Shown here one piece after another: positions 33,101 to 44,418 of a stretch of DNA of 64,000 bases (position 1 is the stretch's first letter; every line of letters starts with the position of its first letter). Made by a program: the position numbers and the translations under genes. Below the pieces are notes generated by a model. The model saw only the letters and a program-made list of their open reading frames with translations, was not told the origin of the DNA and made no database searches. This DNA is from Naegleria gruberi (Eukaryota). The stretch lies in the NCBI GenBank assembly GCA_000004985.1, contig GG738930.1. One strand, 5' to 3'.

Positions 33101-35461
33101 ATGACAAAGATTAGAGAGTTGGATGATCAAGGAGTGGAAATACCTGTGGAGGATGATTCGGATGATTGGGTTGATGAAGAAGAGGAGGACAATGAAGATG
33201 ATTGGGAGGATGATGATTCAGATGAAGAAGAAGAGGATGGAGAGGACGATGATGATGAATTAGGAGCTGATATTACGGAATTGTTTTGTTTTTCGGAATC
33301 ATTTAATCCTAATGAATATATTGAAAGAATTAAAAGCAGAGGAGGCTTAGTCGTGGAGCATCCTGAAGACTTTTTGAGAGTTTGTCTCTTTGATAATGAG
33401 TCTGATCTTACAAATGAAGATGAAAAGAAGGCTTTTGCAATGCTTACCAAGAGAAAAACCAGAGAAGACTGTTTCCAACTCCTATCTGAAGAGGAAAAGA
33501 AATACATCTCTCATATTAGTGATGACTATACTGTTGTAATAATTACTTCAAAGGAAGATTATCAAAAAAAGACTCCAACTTGTCAATTAGCTTCCTTCCT
33601 CATCGATTATACACAAATAATGGTTGGATCAATAGTGAATTCAAACTTTTTGGATATTTATTTGGAAAATCCTTCGAAAAATGTTGATGATATCATCTAT
33701 TCAGAATCTAACGATTGTTCGATTGGAATTCCCTTCCAAACAAATCATCCAGTGTTTCTCTTGTCCACAAGTGAAGAAAAGATGCAAGAAATGAGACAAT
33801 ACTTTTCTGAAAAGGACGTACCAATCATGTCCAGAGAAGTTTATGACTTTCAACCAATTACCTTGTCAGATTGTACTATTGTGATGAATGAGGAATTCTT
33901 CTCCAGAGATCCAAAATCTCTTACTTTGGAGGAAATTGATATTTTACAATTCTATGTCCACACAAATGGTATCACCTTTGAAAGAGCAAAAGAGTTATTT
34001 GAAGAATGTAAGGACATTAGTAGTGCAGACTATGACTATTGTGAGGAAATGTTGAAAAAGATGAACATTTTCCAACAGGTCTACAATTTCTCAACCATTA
34101 ACAAGAGAAGATTCAGAAGACGTATCTTGGATGAAGCAAAATCAAAAGAATTTACTGAACATTTGAAAGAATTGCCAATCTACTTCAATGACTTGATTGA
34201 AAACATACCTAACGAAATTATTTATCATATTCTTCCATACTTGCCAGTTCATGAATTACTGCAATTTAGATTGCTTTCTCATGTAGCCAATTTAATTTGC
34301 TTGCAAGACTTTTTGTGGAAGGATGTTTGTTCGAGCACTTGTAAAAACCATCACTTCTTGAAACCTCTTCTCTCCAATGAAAAGATATTCAACCTTCCCT
34401 ACATGCTCATCTACAGAAATCATATCCAACCTTTAATTATTGATTACAAACAAATCAAGAAGGAGATGTTTTTGGAAAACCTTGCAGAAGAGAAAGTCTT
34501 TAAACAATTTATTACACCTGCTCTATTTATTGATACATGTGTTAGTGAAGATTCCTCAGTACCTATTGGAACAACTAAAATGTCAGGTGAACCTGATCTA
34601 CCAAAAGGATTTGACTCTCAAAGAATAGTGAATTTGACTCTTCTTTTGCAGTTGAATATTGAAGAAAATAAGGATAGTGATCTCTTTGGATTGGCCTACC
34701 AAGTATTTAAGCAAAAATCCTCCATGTTCCCAACAACAGGCATATTATTTATATTTTGCAATAGTGACGACGAATTATCTCCTTCTAAGGTTTTCCACTA
34801 TGTGGGATCAACTGATAATTTGGAACGACTCAAAAGAAGTGCTAATGATTCAAGATTTTGCTTTACTGTCAAATTCTATGAAGCTTTGAGTTTATGTAAC
34901 GATTCCCAAAACTTGTTTGCCAAAGATATTGATGAATATGAAAAACAACTCAATAAGGGTGATGATGACAAGTCTGAAAAGTTGAGTCAAAGTTTACACG
35001 CACCATTCTTAACATCAGAACCTCACAAACTTTTTGGTGCTCTTCCTGTTCTCTATGATGATGAATGGTATGATGAGAATGATGATGCATCAAGCAGTGG
35101 ATCCGAGTCTGAAGATGATTACGAAGAAGATCCATACTTTTACATTGACCTTAACCAATTTGCAACACCTTTAATACAATTATCAGAGGACAGTAAAACA
35201 CAGGAGAATAACATATTGGAGAGTTCTGTTGATGTTGAGAGTGCCTTCCTTCTCGCTGGATCTGGAGAAGGCGTTGCTGTAGATAAGGACTGTACATGGA
35301 AGGAAATAATGAGCTTAGAGGATGGCTCCAAGCTCTTTGAATTGCAAAATCATTTCACATCATGCTTCTCCTATCAACCAGGAACTAAAATGTACAAAAA
35401 GTACAATCATCTCGTTAAACAAATGAAAAAACAAGCCAAAAAATCAAGACATGAACATTAA
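33101..35461 (+). CDS. acidic-N-terminus protein with an internal F-box-like domain, 786 aa
   Basis: First ATG at 33101 (MTKIRELDDQGVEIPVEDDSDDWVDEEEEDNEDDW...). An F-box-like IPNEIIYHILPYLPVHELLQFRLLSHVANLI lies mid-protein. Confidence 0.55.
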   Translation: MTKIRELDDQGVEIPVEDDSDDWVDEEEEDNEDDWEDDDSDEEEEDGEDDDDELGADITELFCFSESFNPNEYIERIKSRGGLVVEHPEDFLRVCLFDNESDLTNEDEKKAFAMLTKRKTREDCFQLLSEEEKKYISHISDDYTVVIITSKEDYQKKTPTCQLASFLIDYTQIMVGSIVNSNFLDIYLENPSKNVDDIIYSESNDCSIGIPFQTNHPVFLLSTSEEKMQEMRQYFSEKDVPIMSREVYDFQPITLSDCTIVMNEEFFSRDPKSLTLEEIDILQFYVHTNGITFERAKELFEECKDISSADYDYCEEMLKKMNIFQQVYNFSTINKRRFRRRILDEAKSKEFTEHLKELPIYFNDLIENIPNEIIYHILPYLPVHELLQFRLLSHVANLICLQDFLWKDVCSSTCKNHHFLKPLLSNEKIFNLPYMLIYRNHIQPLIIDYKQIKKEMFLENLAEEKVFKQFITPALFIDTCVSEDSSVPIGTTKMSGEPDLPKGFDSQRIVNLTLLLQLNIEENKDSDLFGLAYQVFKQKSSMFPTTGILFIFCNSDDELSPSKVFHYVGSTDNLERLKRSANDSRFCFTVKFYEALSLCNDSQNLFAKDIDEYEKQLNKGDDDKSEKLSQSLHAPFLTSEPHKLFGALPVLYDDEWYDENDDASSSGSESEDDYEEDPYFYIDLNQFATPLIQLSEDSKTQENNILESSVDVESAFLLAGSGEGVAVDKDCTWKEIMSLEDGSKLFELQNHFTSCFSYQPGTKMYKKYNHLVKQMKKQAKKSRHEH

Positions 35462-35496
35462 ATAAATCCCTGAAGTGTTATTATTTATTATGTACA

Positions 35497-36876
35497 TTAT
35501 TGCTCAGGAACGTGAACGAATGATATGTTATGGAATTTGAAATTATTCTTTGAATTCTTCTTTTCATTTTCAAAGGCCTCCTCCTTATAGAAAGTCCAAG
35601 ATTGATTTCTTGCATTTCCTCCATTCGAAGATGAAGATGCTTGTTGTTGTACACTATTTCCCGATGAATTCACAAATGTGGAATCTTTTGGAAATTCAAC
35701 ACAGTGATGAATGGTTGAACTCGTTGTGGTCACAGTTTCAGTAACGAGTGTTCCAGTCTTTCTCTGTTTCGAAATTCCTCTCAAATTATTCAGAGAACTA
35801 GAACTGTTACTCTTTCTTGAGAGTGAGGCCAATGAAGGAGTAGGTGACAAATTTCCAGGAGTATTCGTTGTTGGACTGGCAGGTGAAGTGCTTGGATTTT
35901 TCACAACTGCCGACAATAAATTATTAGACGAAGCACTCCTATTATTCACAATGAATGAATTTCTTCTCTGGAGAGTGGACAACTTGAGTGATCTTTCAAT
36001 CATTGCATTACTAAATTGTTGTTGCTGTTGTTGTTGAATGATATGATTGTTTTGATTGTTTTGGGAATTGTTAAATTGTGGTGGACATGTACTAGTTGTG
36101 GTATTGTTGTTAAATGTTGTGAATGGAGTTGTGGATAAATTAAATGATAATTGTCTTGGGAGTTGTTTCGTATTATTGTGAACATCTTCAATTGGTGTTT
36201 TGGATTGATTTAATTCAGAAACTAATCCATTGATATCCAATTGTAAGAAACATGGAGTTTGTGGACTCAATCCATCCAAAGCTCTATCAAGATCAGTTAT
36301 TGCTTCCATTGAATTCGAATGTGAAAGTGTCATACTATTCGAAATGATACTGTTACAAGTGGATTGTGAAGGAGAGGTGCAATTATTCATAGGAGAAGGT
36401 GTTTTGGATTTTAAATTATTTCCATTCTTGTTACAAAACATGCATGGTTGCTTTAGGTTTCGACTAGTTTCGCAATATTTACAAGTGTTTGATGATTGTT
36501 GGAAGGAATGAAATTTGTTTGGATAACTTGTGGTTCTTCGGAGTGAAGATAATGATGAATCTGATGGGATGTGGAGTGAAGAGGGAAGTTGTGTAAAGGT
36601 TTCGTCTAGCATCATGTGGCTTTCGATTTGTTGTTCGAAAGTTAGATTCGTTGGAGAGGAAGGTCCAGAAGTTTTAGGAGGGCAATTAAATGATTGTCCA
36701 TTCACATCTGGATTATGATTGTTAATCAGCTTATTGTACAATTGGTTATTTGAAATGTTAGAAACGTTATTCGAAAGTAAAAGATTCATCAAACTGGCAC
36801 TTTCATTACTATTGGACGTAGAAGAAAGCGAACTATTCATACCACTGAAATTGAAATGTGGTTGAGAAGTCATCAT
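35497..36876 (-). CDS. Ser/Asn/Thr-rich low-complexity protein with a C-x2-C-x9-C-x2-C putative zinc-binding motif
   Basis: Real ATG at 36876 (MMTSQPHFNF...). Motif CKYCETSRNLKQPCMFC. A poly-Q stretch. Confidence 0.45.
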   Translation of the reverse strand: MMTSQPHFNFSGMNSSLSSTSNSNESASLMNLLLSNNVSNISNNQLYNKLINNHNPDVNGQSFNCPPKTSGPSSPTNLTFEQQIESHMMLDETFTQLPSSLHIPSDSSLSSLRRTTSYPNKFHSFQQSSNTCKYCETSRNLKQPCMFCNKNGNNLKSKTPSPMNNCTSPSQSTCNSIISNSMTLSHSNSMEAITDLDRALDGLSPQTPCFLQLDINGLVSELNQSKTPIEDVHNNTKQLPRQLSFNLSTTPFTTFNNNTTTSTCPPQFNNSQNNQNNHIIQQQQQQQFSNAMIERSLKLSTLQRRNSFIVNNRSASSNNLLSAVVKNPSTSPASPTTNTPGNLSPTPSLASLSRKSNSSSSLNNLRGISKQRKTGTLVTETVTTTSSTIHHCVEFPKDSTFVNSSGNSVQQQASSSSNGGNARNQSWTFYKEEAFENEKKNSKNNFKFHNISFVHVPEQ

Positions 36877-38122
36877 TGTGTGTAAAAGTTTTTTTGTTTA
36901 GTTTTCTTCAGACGAAACTTGATAAACACTGAAAAGGATCGAACACAATATCTAAAGTTCGGCTTTTAGAACGCCAAAGGTGTTTGCCGTTGTATTTCGG
37001 TTGTGTCAGTTTTCTTGTTACTTTCTTTCACAATAAGCAAGCAAACGCCAAGATTTTCTTATTTCGTCAACTTTCGTAAATTGTTTATGGCATGTAAAAA
37101 AACCGACTTGAGAGATTTCCATTCCAAAGAGTTAATGTTTGGTCTTTCACAGTTTGTTGAGCTTGTACATTTAATTATTTAAAAACTATTTACATTACTA
37201 ATTGACTATTGTTTCTAATAATTGAAATTAAACTAAACTGATCAGAAGAAACGAATCAGATACAGTAGTAAGGAACAATGAAGATGAAAGTATTGTGAAG
37301 TGTTTCTCATCTATTTTTATTTCCACAACGGTCTTGTTTGGTAAGAACCAGAAAAAAACATTTTCATTTCGAATATCTTCTCTCGCGTTCTATTTGGTCT
37401 ATTCGAAACACGTCAAAATTACAACATCCTAAACAGTGAAACGTGTTGAATCCTTCTCTTCAAAATCAGATAGGTTTCGCCTATTCGTAAAACTAGACAA
37501 ACCGAAACTCAACACAACGGACGCATTATCTGCTAACAAGAAAGCCACAAGCAAAAGGGTTGCCAAAAGAATTAAATCATCATCAATGGTTACAAACTTT
37601 CATATATGGTTGATATTAAACAATTTTAGAGGTTGTAATTTTATATTATTAATTTAAATTTGTTGTTATTAAAGAAATTGAAATATTGTCTGACAATTTT
37701 CGAAAATTATCTTGGAATTCATGAGAAGGAATCATTTTGAAAGAAACAGTCTCCTCACAATTCATATTTCTTAAATGTATTGAATTTCATGTACATGTTG
37801 TGAAAGTTCGTACAGAATATAAAGATTTTGTATTTGTGGAATCAATTGACAATCACCTCGTTTTCCACAGAATGAACTGTGAATAATCATGAATTTCTAA
37901 TCTTTTATCAACCTAATTGACCAAATCAAGTCTATTTAGATTCGAATGAAAATTGTAATAAACGATCTTATACAATAAAACAAAAAAATTGAAAGATCAC
38001 CAATGAGATAGTAAAGAGACTTAGATCGCCCATTTCAAGTTCAAATTAGTTCCGTCTCATTACTATCCATTTTAAAAACCTCAGTTTAGTCTCACATACA
38101 AAAATAAATCACACTTTAAAAA

Positions 38123-39964
38123 ATGTCATCCTCTCCATTTGGCATTCACAAAACTGATAAATCATCATCAGCAACTCCACCAACCACCATCAACAATAGT
38201 GTGCCACCACCTCCTCCTAACAATATTGTTAATAATAATAATAACACAACTTTACCAAATTGGAGACAACAACAATTGACAAAAAAGGAAGAATCAAAAA
38301 GTGTTGCTGTTGGTTGTAGTTTACCAAATGTTCCACCTCCACCACCTTCAATTGGTTCAGGTTATCAAATTCCTCCTAAAAATGTCACTACTTCACAGTT
38401 GACTAGTTCAAGTAAATCTACTACTCAACCAATTGTTCCTCCTCCTCCACCTGGTATTGTTAACAACCATTCAATGAATCAACAACCAAATTGGAGACAA
38501 CAACAACAAATTAAAAAGGAAGAATCTAATAGATCTGTAACTAATGCTACTCAACAACTGCCAAATGTTCCACCTCCACCTGGTAATAGTGTCACTCAAA
38601 ATCTCCAACAACCAAATTGGAGACAACAACAACAAGCAATGAATACTAAAAAAGAAAACATAACCATTCCACCTCCAATACCAAGCTCAACAACAACTGT
38701 CAAACTTCCAACTAGTACAGCACCTCCAACAAGCTCAACAACTGTCACATCCTCTCATGCTGTTACAGTAGGTAGTGGTGGAATTGTTGTTCCTCCCCCT
38801 CCACCTGGTAATTTTGTGGCAATAACTCACCAAGCAAATGTCAGAAAACCAATTATTAACACTTACATTCCACCAGTAGTTGTCAGTACTGAAGAAACTT
38901 TGGAATTTTACAAGGAATTATGTGATAAAATTCCAGAAAAGAGAATTGGACCTGGATTTAAGGACATTCCAGAACCAAAATTCAATTGTAAAAAGCATAC
39001 GAATACTGGTGATTCAGAATTGGAACTTTCGATTGAGGATAGTGATCCAAATTATGTTGTAATACCTTCTCAATTCCAATACGATAGTGGACTGGGATTT
39101 AGTTTTGCATTCTCTGTCAGAATTCACAATCCAAAGCCTTATTACATTTTTGTAAGGGAGGTGCAAGTTTTTTACAAGGATATGACTGGAAAGTGGATTG
39201 AAGCAAATTTTCCATCCTACCAAACATTGGGAATCAATTTTCATCACGATGACAAGTTAAAAGTTGAAGGAATGGAAAAACTTTGGTGTCATTTCACAGC
39301 CAATTTCACACCAATTCCAAAACTTAGTCAAGTTATTTGGGGAACTTCTTACAGTTATATTACACATCCCTCTCTCCCTCAACCATTGACCTTGAAATTG
39401 ATCATTCATGATTCTCTTGAAAAAACCAAAGAGTTACTTGTTGAGCAAGTGAATGTAATTTTCCCAAAAAAGAGAAACAATCGATACATTGAAATATTGA
39501 ATGAAATCTCAACATTTAAAAAGGGAACCAAGTATGGAATTGAAACTGTCGAATCGTTCTATAAGATTGTTTTTTGTGAAGATATGTATTATGGGGATGC
39601 CAAATTCATCTCATTTGGATTTCAAGATCATGAGGAACGAGAGGAAAATAGAGATAAAATCCCAACCTCAATCGAGATTAGTTGTGGCAGTATGAGTGAA
39701 AGTTCCAACTACAGTGAAACACAATACATCCAAATTGATTTTATTGAAAAGTTGGAACAGCAAGCAAAGAAGGAAAACCTTTCTGAGATTCCATATGCAC
39801 ACTTTGGTGTTGTCTTTCTATTCGATTCGAAAGGGCTCATGTATGGGGCGAGAGTGAAGATTGAGTCGACCTCTCAAACTGTGGAAAAAATTGTCTTGCT
39901 TAGAGATTTGATTAAGGTACTCAAATTGGACAAACAAACTATCAAGAAGAGATTTATTTATTAA
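38123..39964 (+). CDS. proline-rich protein with three PNWRQQQ(Q)-KKEES repeats interleaved with PPPPP tracts, plus a globular C-terminal domain, 613 aa
   Basis: Real ATG at 38123 (aaaaaATG). The repeats are LPNWRQQQLTKKEESKS, QPNWRQQQQIKKEESNRS and QPNWRQQQQAMNTKKENIT, each preceded by a VPPPPP(G/N) tract. Confidence 0.55.
   Translation: MSSSPFGIHKTDKSSSATPPTTINNSVPPPPPNNIVNNNNNTTLPNWRQQQLTKKEESKSVAVGCSLPNVPPPPPSIGSGYQIPPKNVTTSQLTSSSKSTTQPIVPPPPPGIVNNHSMNQQPNWRQQQQIKKEESNRSVTNATQQLPNVPPPPGNSVTQNLQQPNWRQQQQAMNTKKENITIPPPIPSSTTTVKLPTSTAPPTSSTTVTSSHAVTVGSGGIVVPPPPPGNFVAITHQANVRKPIINTYIPPVVVSTEETLEFYKELCDKIPEKRIGPGFKDIPEPKFNCKKHTNTGDSELELSIEDSDPNYVVIPSQFQYDSGLGFSFAFSVRIHNPKPYYIFVREVQVFYKDMTGKWIEANFPSYQTLGINFHHDDKLKVEGMEKLWCHFTANFTPIPKLSQVIWGTSYSYITHPSLPQPLTLKLIIHDSLEKTKELLVEQVNVIFPKKRNNRYIEILNEISTFKKGTKYGIETVESFYKIVFCEDMYYGDAKFISFGFQDHEEREENRDKIPTSIEISCGSMSESSNYSETQYIQIDFIEKLEQQAKKENLSEIPYAHFGVVFLFDSKGLMYGARVKIESTSQTVEKIVLLRDLIKVLKLDKQTIKKRFIY
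38240..38690 (+). repeat. three tandem coding repeats of about 150 nt (polyPro + PNWRQQQ + KKEES)
   Basis: Reiterated ccaaattggagacaacaacaa at roughly 38260, 38488 and 38613. Confidence 0.7.
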
Positions 39965-40066
39965 AATATGAATAAACAAAACGAAACCATTTTTTTTATT
40001 AGAAAATATTATATCAGATATTGCTATTTATTATTTAATAATAATTATAAATATTACATAATAAAA

Positions 40067-42603
40067 ATGAATAGACAACTATTGGAATATGTTTATAATC
40101 TCTTTCCGAATCCAACAACTGTAAAATTAAAATTCATCCGATCGGATGATGATATGAGCCTTGTACTACATCAAAACATTGCAGTCTTGTTTTTTCATTA
40201 CAAGGGAAAGACTGTTAATGTAATTGATGAAACAATTTTAGATAATTTGGGAAAGGTTTGTTTTTAAAGATCATCAGCTGATTGAATATTTAAATTATTT
40301 AAATATTAATTATTGGAAAATTACAGATGATCGGAGATGTAGAACGTTTAGTATTGGAAGGTAAAATACATGGATTAATGATGTACAGTTTAAAAAAGGA
40401 TTGTTTTATTGCAGGAGCTGATGTAAATATGATTTATACAATAACTGATAGAGAAAAAGCAAAAACTCTCTCAAGAACAGGACAATACCTCACGAGAAGG
40501 ATTGAATATTTACCAATTGTTGTTTTGGCTGCAATTCATGGAGTTTGTTTGGGAGGAGGATTTGAATTGTGTTTGGCAGCATCCCATAGAGTTTGTTCTA
40601 ATTATTCAAAAACTTATTGTGGACTTCCTGAAACGAAATTGGGGATTTTGACAGGTTCAGGTGGGTGTGTCAGATTGCCACGATTGATTGGATTGGATAA
40701 TTCGATTCAAATGATTTTACAAGGAAGTTCCATTGGAGCTAAGAGTGCATTGGAATGTGGAATTGTTGATCAGGTGTTTCCTTACGAAGTTGAACAGAAT
40801 AATGATGAATACATATCAAAAACCAAACCTCAAGCACAAGATGTGGAATTCTTTCAAAGATCTTTCGAATATATCAAGGATTTATCTGTACAGACACTTC
40901 CTGAAAGGGAGGAATTAATTGCTGAAGCAATGAAGGATATATTACAAGTTGCTTCCTCACGATTATTCAATAGGGAGCCATCTTTCCAATTACAAAAGTA
41001 CAAGAGAAGGAAAATATCTATCAGAGAATATCTGAAAGACAATCCAATTGGAAGATTATTTATCGAGTTTATTGCTTCAAATAATATCAAGAAACAAACA
41101 AGAGGAAGACCATTCCATTCGCCACACAAAATATTGGAAACAATAATTAGTGGATATACCATGACAATAGATCAAGCCCTGGAGATTGAGGCATCTAATT
41201 TTGCAGAGCTTGTCATTGATCCAGTTTCTAAAAATTTGATTTCCCTCTTTAACATGTTGGAAGCTGCTAAAAAGGCCGAAAATTATTGTGATCCTCAATA
41301 TTGTCATTTGAAGATCAAGCAAGTAATCAACAGGATTGCTGTTTGTGGAGCTGGTCAAATGGGATGTGGAATTACTCAACTCTGTCTATCAAAAGGTTAC
41401 AACGTCTATCTAAAAGAGGTGGAATATCACTACTTGGAAAATGGATTGAAACGTATCAAGAATGAGCTCTACTCTAAACAAATTCGTTCTGGAAAGGTAA
41501 CAGAAAATCAACGAGATGAAGTCATTTCCAAATATTTAGAAACTGGCTTGAAATATGACCCAATAGAAAATTGCCAAATGGTTATTGAAGCAGCCCTTGA
41601 AAGAATTGACATTAAGAAGGAAGTTCTCGAGAGAGCACAAGCATTCAACAAGGAAATAATTTTTGCCACCAATACCTCCTCAATTCCATTAACATCCATC
41701 GCAGAGGAGAGTAACATGAAGCAAAATGTGATTGGGTTGCACTTTTTCAATCCAGCCAATGAGATGCCACTTGTGGAAATTATTGCTACGAGATATACTT
41801 CACAGGAGGTATTAGCGAAAGCTTACCAATTTGCTCTAGATTTGGGGAAAATTCCAATTGTTGTGAATGATAGTCCAGGATTTTTAACAACCAGATTATT
41901 TGTGGTGTATTGCATTGAGGCAACAAGTATTGTATTGGATGGTGTTCCATTTGAGGAAATTGATCAACGATTACAAGAATTTGGATTTTCAACAGGTGTA
42001 TTGTCTATGCTAGATCACAATGGTCTCGATGTTGCCATTCACGTCATGCCAATCCTAGCCCAAAATTTGGCACTCAGATTTGACCACTACGAAGCCCTTA
42101 AAGAACTAGTTAAAGGTGGCAATACAGGTGTGAAAAATAGAAAGGGTTTCTACTTGTACGATGAATATGGAAGACAAACTGGAATCAATCCGGAAGCTCT
42201 CAAAATTATTTCTCGCTATCAAGCCAAGAGAGAAAGAAAAGTAACACTGGCAACACTCTACGATGATATTGTTGATCGATGCATTCTCGTCTTGGTCAAT
42301 GAGGCAAGTAAATGCATTGAGGAAGGAATTATTGCACTACCTGAAGCTGTGGATATTTCAATGATTATGGGATTTGGATTTCCATCATTCCTTGGAGGTT
42401 TACTTTCATTTGCTGATTCGTTGGGAATTGCAAATATTGTAAAAAGATTGGAAGAGCTCTCTATTAGATATGATTCTGTCAAAATGCCATCAAAACTGTT
42501 GGTTGATATGGCAAAATCTAATCATCACTTCTTCCCTGAACGAGTTGTTTTGCATTCAATTATTGCCAAACAACAAAATCAACAACATGCAAGTAAATTG
42601 TAA
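40067..42603 (+). CDS. peroxisomal multifunctional beta-oxidation enzyme, L-bifunctional type (enoyl-CoA hydratase/isomerase + 3-hydroxyacyl-CoA dehydrogenase), C-terminal -SKL (2 exons: 40067..40255, 40327..42603)
   Basis: Exon 1 is MNRQLLEYVYNLFPNPTTVKLKFIRSDDDMSLVLHQNIAVLFFHYKGKTVNVIDETILDNLGK, with donor GTTTGT. The 71-nt intron ends ttacAG. Exon 2 begins MIGDVERLVLEG.... The crotonase fold is seen in AGADV, GGGFELCLA and LPETKLGI. The 3HCDH NAD-binding site is IAVCGAGQMGCGITQ. The protein ends ...QQHASKL (PTS1). Confidence 0.8.
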
Positions 42604-43443
42604 AGTATTGTAAAAGAATTTGAAATTTATTTTAACGGATGGAGAAAAGTTTATTTGAATGGTAGGATTTTGATGAAGCAATAACACGAAAGTGTTATTA
42701 ACGTTGATCAGTGGTTGGGAGAAATTTACAAAGAAAGGAATGGAGGTTAGAATACAGAGTTTCGAATAAACTTTCTCCATCATAGGCAGTTGAAGATTAT
42801 TTTACAAGCAGTTGTTAATGTTTTACAAAGTGTGGCTCTGACTTGATTGTTGTAACAGTACTAACAGCAGCAACAATTGCAAGAGTAACAGCAGCAGTTC
42901 TTAAATTCCACATTACGAATTGAGTTTTGGTGAAAGGAGTTTTTTTCTGATTTTTTGTTTGTAACAAGATTGATGTGATCAAAGTTTTCATTTGATCAAA
43001 TACCATATTTGAAACCAATTTGTTTATCTCTTTCGAATATCAAACATCATTTTACAATAGTTTAATCATCTTGAATACAATGATCTACCAAATATCATAC
43101 AATTCAATTCCATCAACTCCTGCCTCATTGCATTATCAGTATACTGTTCAATAATGGTCTTATTTTCATCAATAGCTTTTGTTGGAAGTTGAGAAATTCC
43201 ACCCTTTTGAGGTTTGCTCAAATCAAACCATGGAAAAATAATTCAGCTTTTACATTCCAAGGAAATAATTATTTCTTGTAAAATCATGAGCAATAATTCT
43301 AGGCGCTGTAGTCTTCATACAACTGTCCGAATGTTTTATTGTTGACAGCGCGTGCGTTTTATTCAAGTTTAACACGCACACATTCTTAATAAAAAAAACA
43401 GAAGAACTTTTTGAAAAACATATTCGAAATAAGACAAAAAAAA

Positions 43444-44259
43444 ATGAAGATTGGAATTATTGGTGCAGGTCATATAGGATCAACCCTTGCAAAACTACTT
43501 GTTCAACAAGGTCACACTGTTTTGATTGCCAACTCAAGAGGTCCTCAAACATTGAAACAAGTACAAGAGGAGACTAAGGCAAAACCTGTCGAGCTGTTGG
43601 AGATTGTTCAAGAAGGTGATTTGGATATCATCATTCTCACAATTCCATTTAAAAACGTTTCTCTCCTTCCCAAGAATTTGTTCCAGAACCTTCCTCAACA
43701 AGTGATTGTGGTTGATACGTGCAATTATTATCCAGGAGTTAGAGATTCTCCTACTGATGAATTGGACAAGGAGATCATTACCCATAGTGAATGGGTTTCT
43801 CAACAAATTGGTCATTCTGTAGTTAAAGTGTTTAACAATATTTTGACACATAGTTTGGCAGTTAAGGGTGCTAAAAAAGGTCAAACAAGAATTGCACTAC
43901 CAGTTGCTGGAAATGATCCTTCAAAAAAGAAAGTGATCCTTGATTTGGTTGATCAACTTGGATTTGATCCTGTTGATTCTGGAACTTTGGATGAATCATG
44001 GAGACAACATCCTGCCACACCTAGTTATTGTACTGATTTGAATGTGGATGATTTGAAACAAGCCCTTCATAGTGCTGACAAAACGATTAGAGTTCAACTT
44101 CTCAGTCAAGCATTTTCTCAATACGGTAAGGTACATCTTGCTTATTGTGAAAAGCATGGAAAAGATGCTACCAAGTTTACATTTCAAGACTTACTAGATG
44201 AGGGAGGTGATGAAATCAATGACATTGTTGTCAACATTAACCGTTCATTGTATCAATAA
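43444..44259 (+). CDS. NAD(P)-binding Rossmann oxidoreductase of the F420-dependent NADP reductase-like / COG2085 type (bacterial-type), intronless, 271 aa
   Basis: Real ATG at 43444 (aaaaaaaATG). MKIGIIGAGHIGSTLAKLLVQQGHTVLIANSRGP (GxGxxG). ...IALPVAGNDPSKKKVILDLVDQLGFDPVDSGTLDESWRQHPATP is typical of bacterial dinucleotide-binding reductases, as far as I recall. Confidence 0.65.
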   Translation: MKIGIIGAGHIGSTLAKLLVQQGHTVLIANSRGPQTLKQVQEETKAKPVELLEIVQEGDLDIIILTIPFKNVSLLPKNLFQNLPQQVIVVDTCNYYPGVRDSPTDELDKEIITHSEWVSQQIGHSVVKVFNNILTHSLAVKGAKKGQTRIALPVAGNDPSKKKVILDLVDQLGFDPVDSGTLDESWRQHPATPSYCTDLNVDDLKQALHSADKTIRVQLLSQAFSQYGKVHLAYCEKHGKDATKFTFQDLLDEGGDEINDIVVNINRSLYQ

Positions 44260-44345
44260 TGAACTTATCTGTAAATTAAGGCACATTAAATATTGATTCA
44301 CGATTGTCATGTTTTTAAATCAATTATTGCAAAACTAAAATTATT

Positions 44346-44418
44346 TGCTGACGGACGGGATCGAACCGGCGACCAATGGCTTATTAGACCAACGCTCTAC
44401 CGACTGAGCTACGCCAGC
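44346..44418 (-). tRNA. tRNA-Ile (anticodon AAT), second copy, inverted relative to the first
   Basis: The reverse complement of 44346-44418 is identical (73/73) to 29532-29604. Confidence 0.8.
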
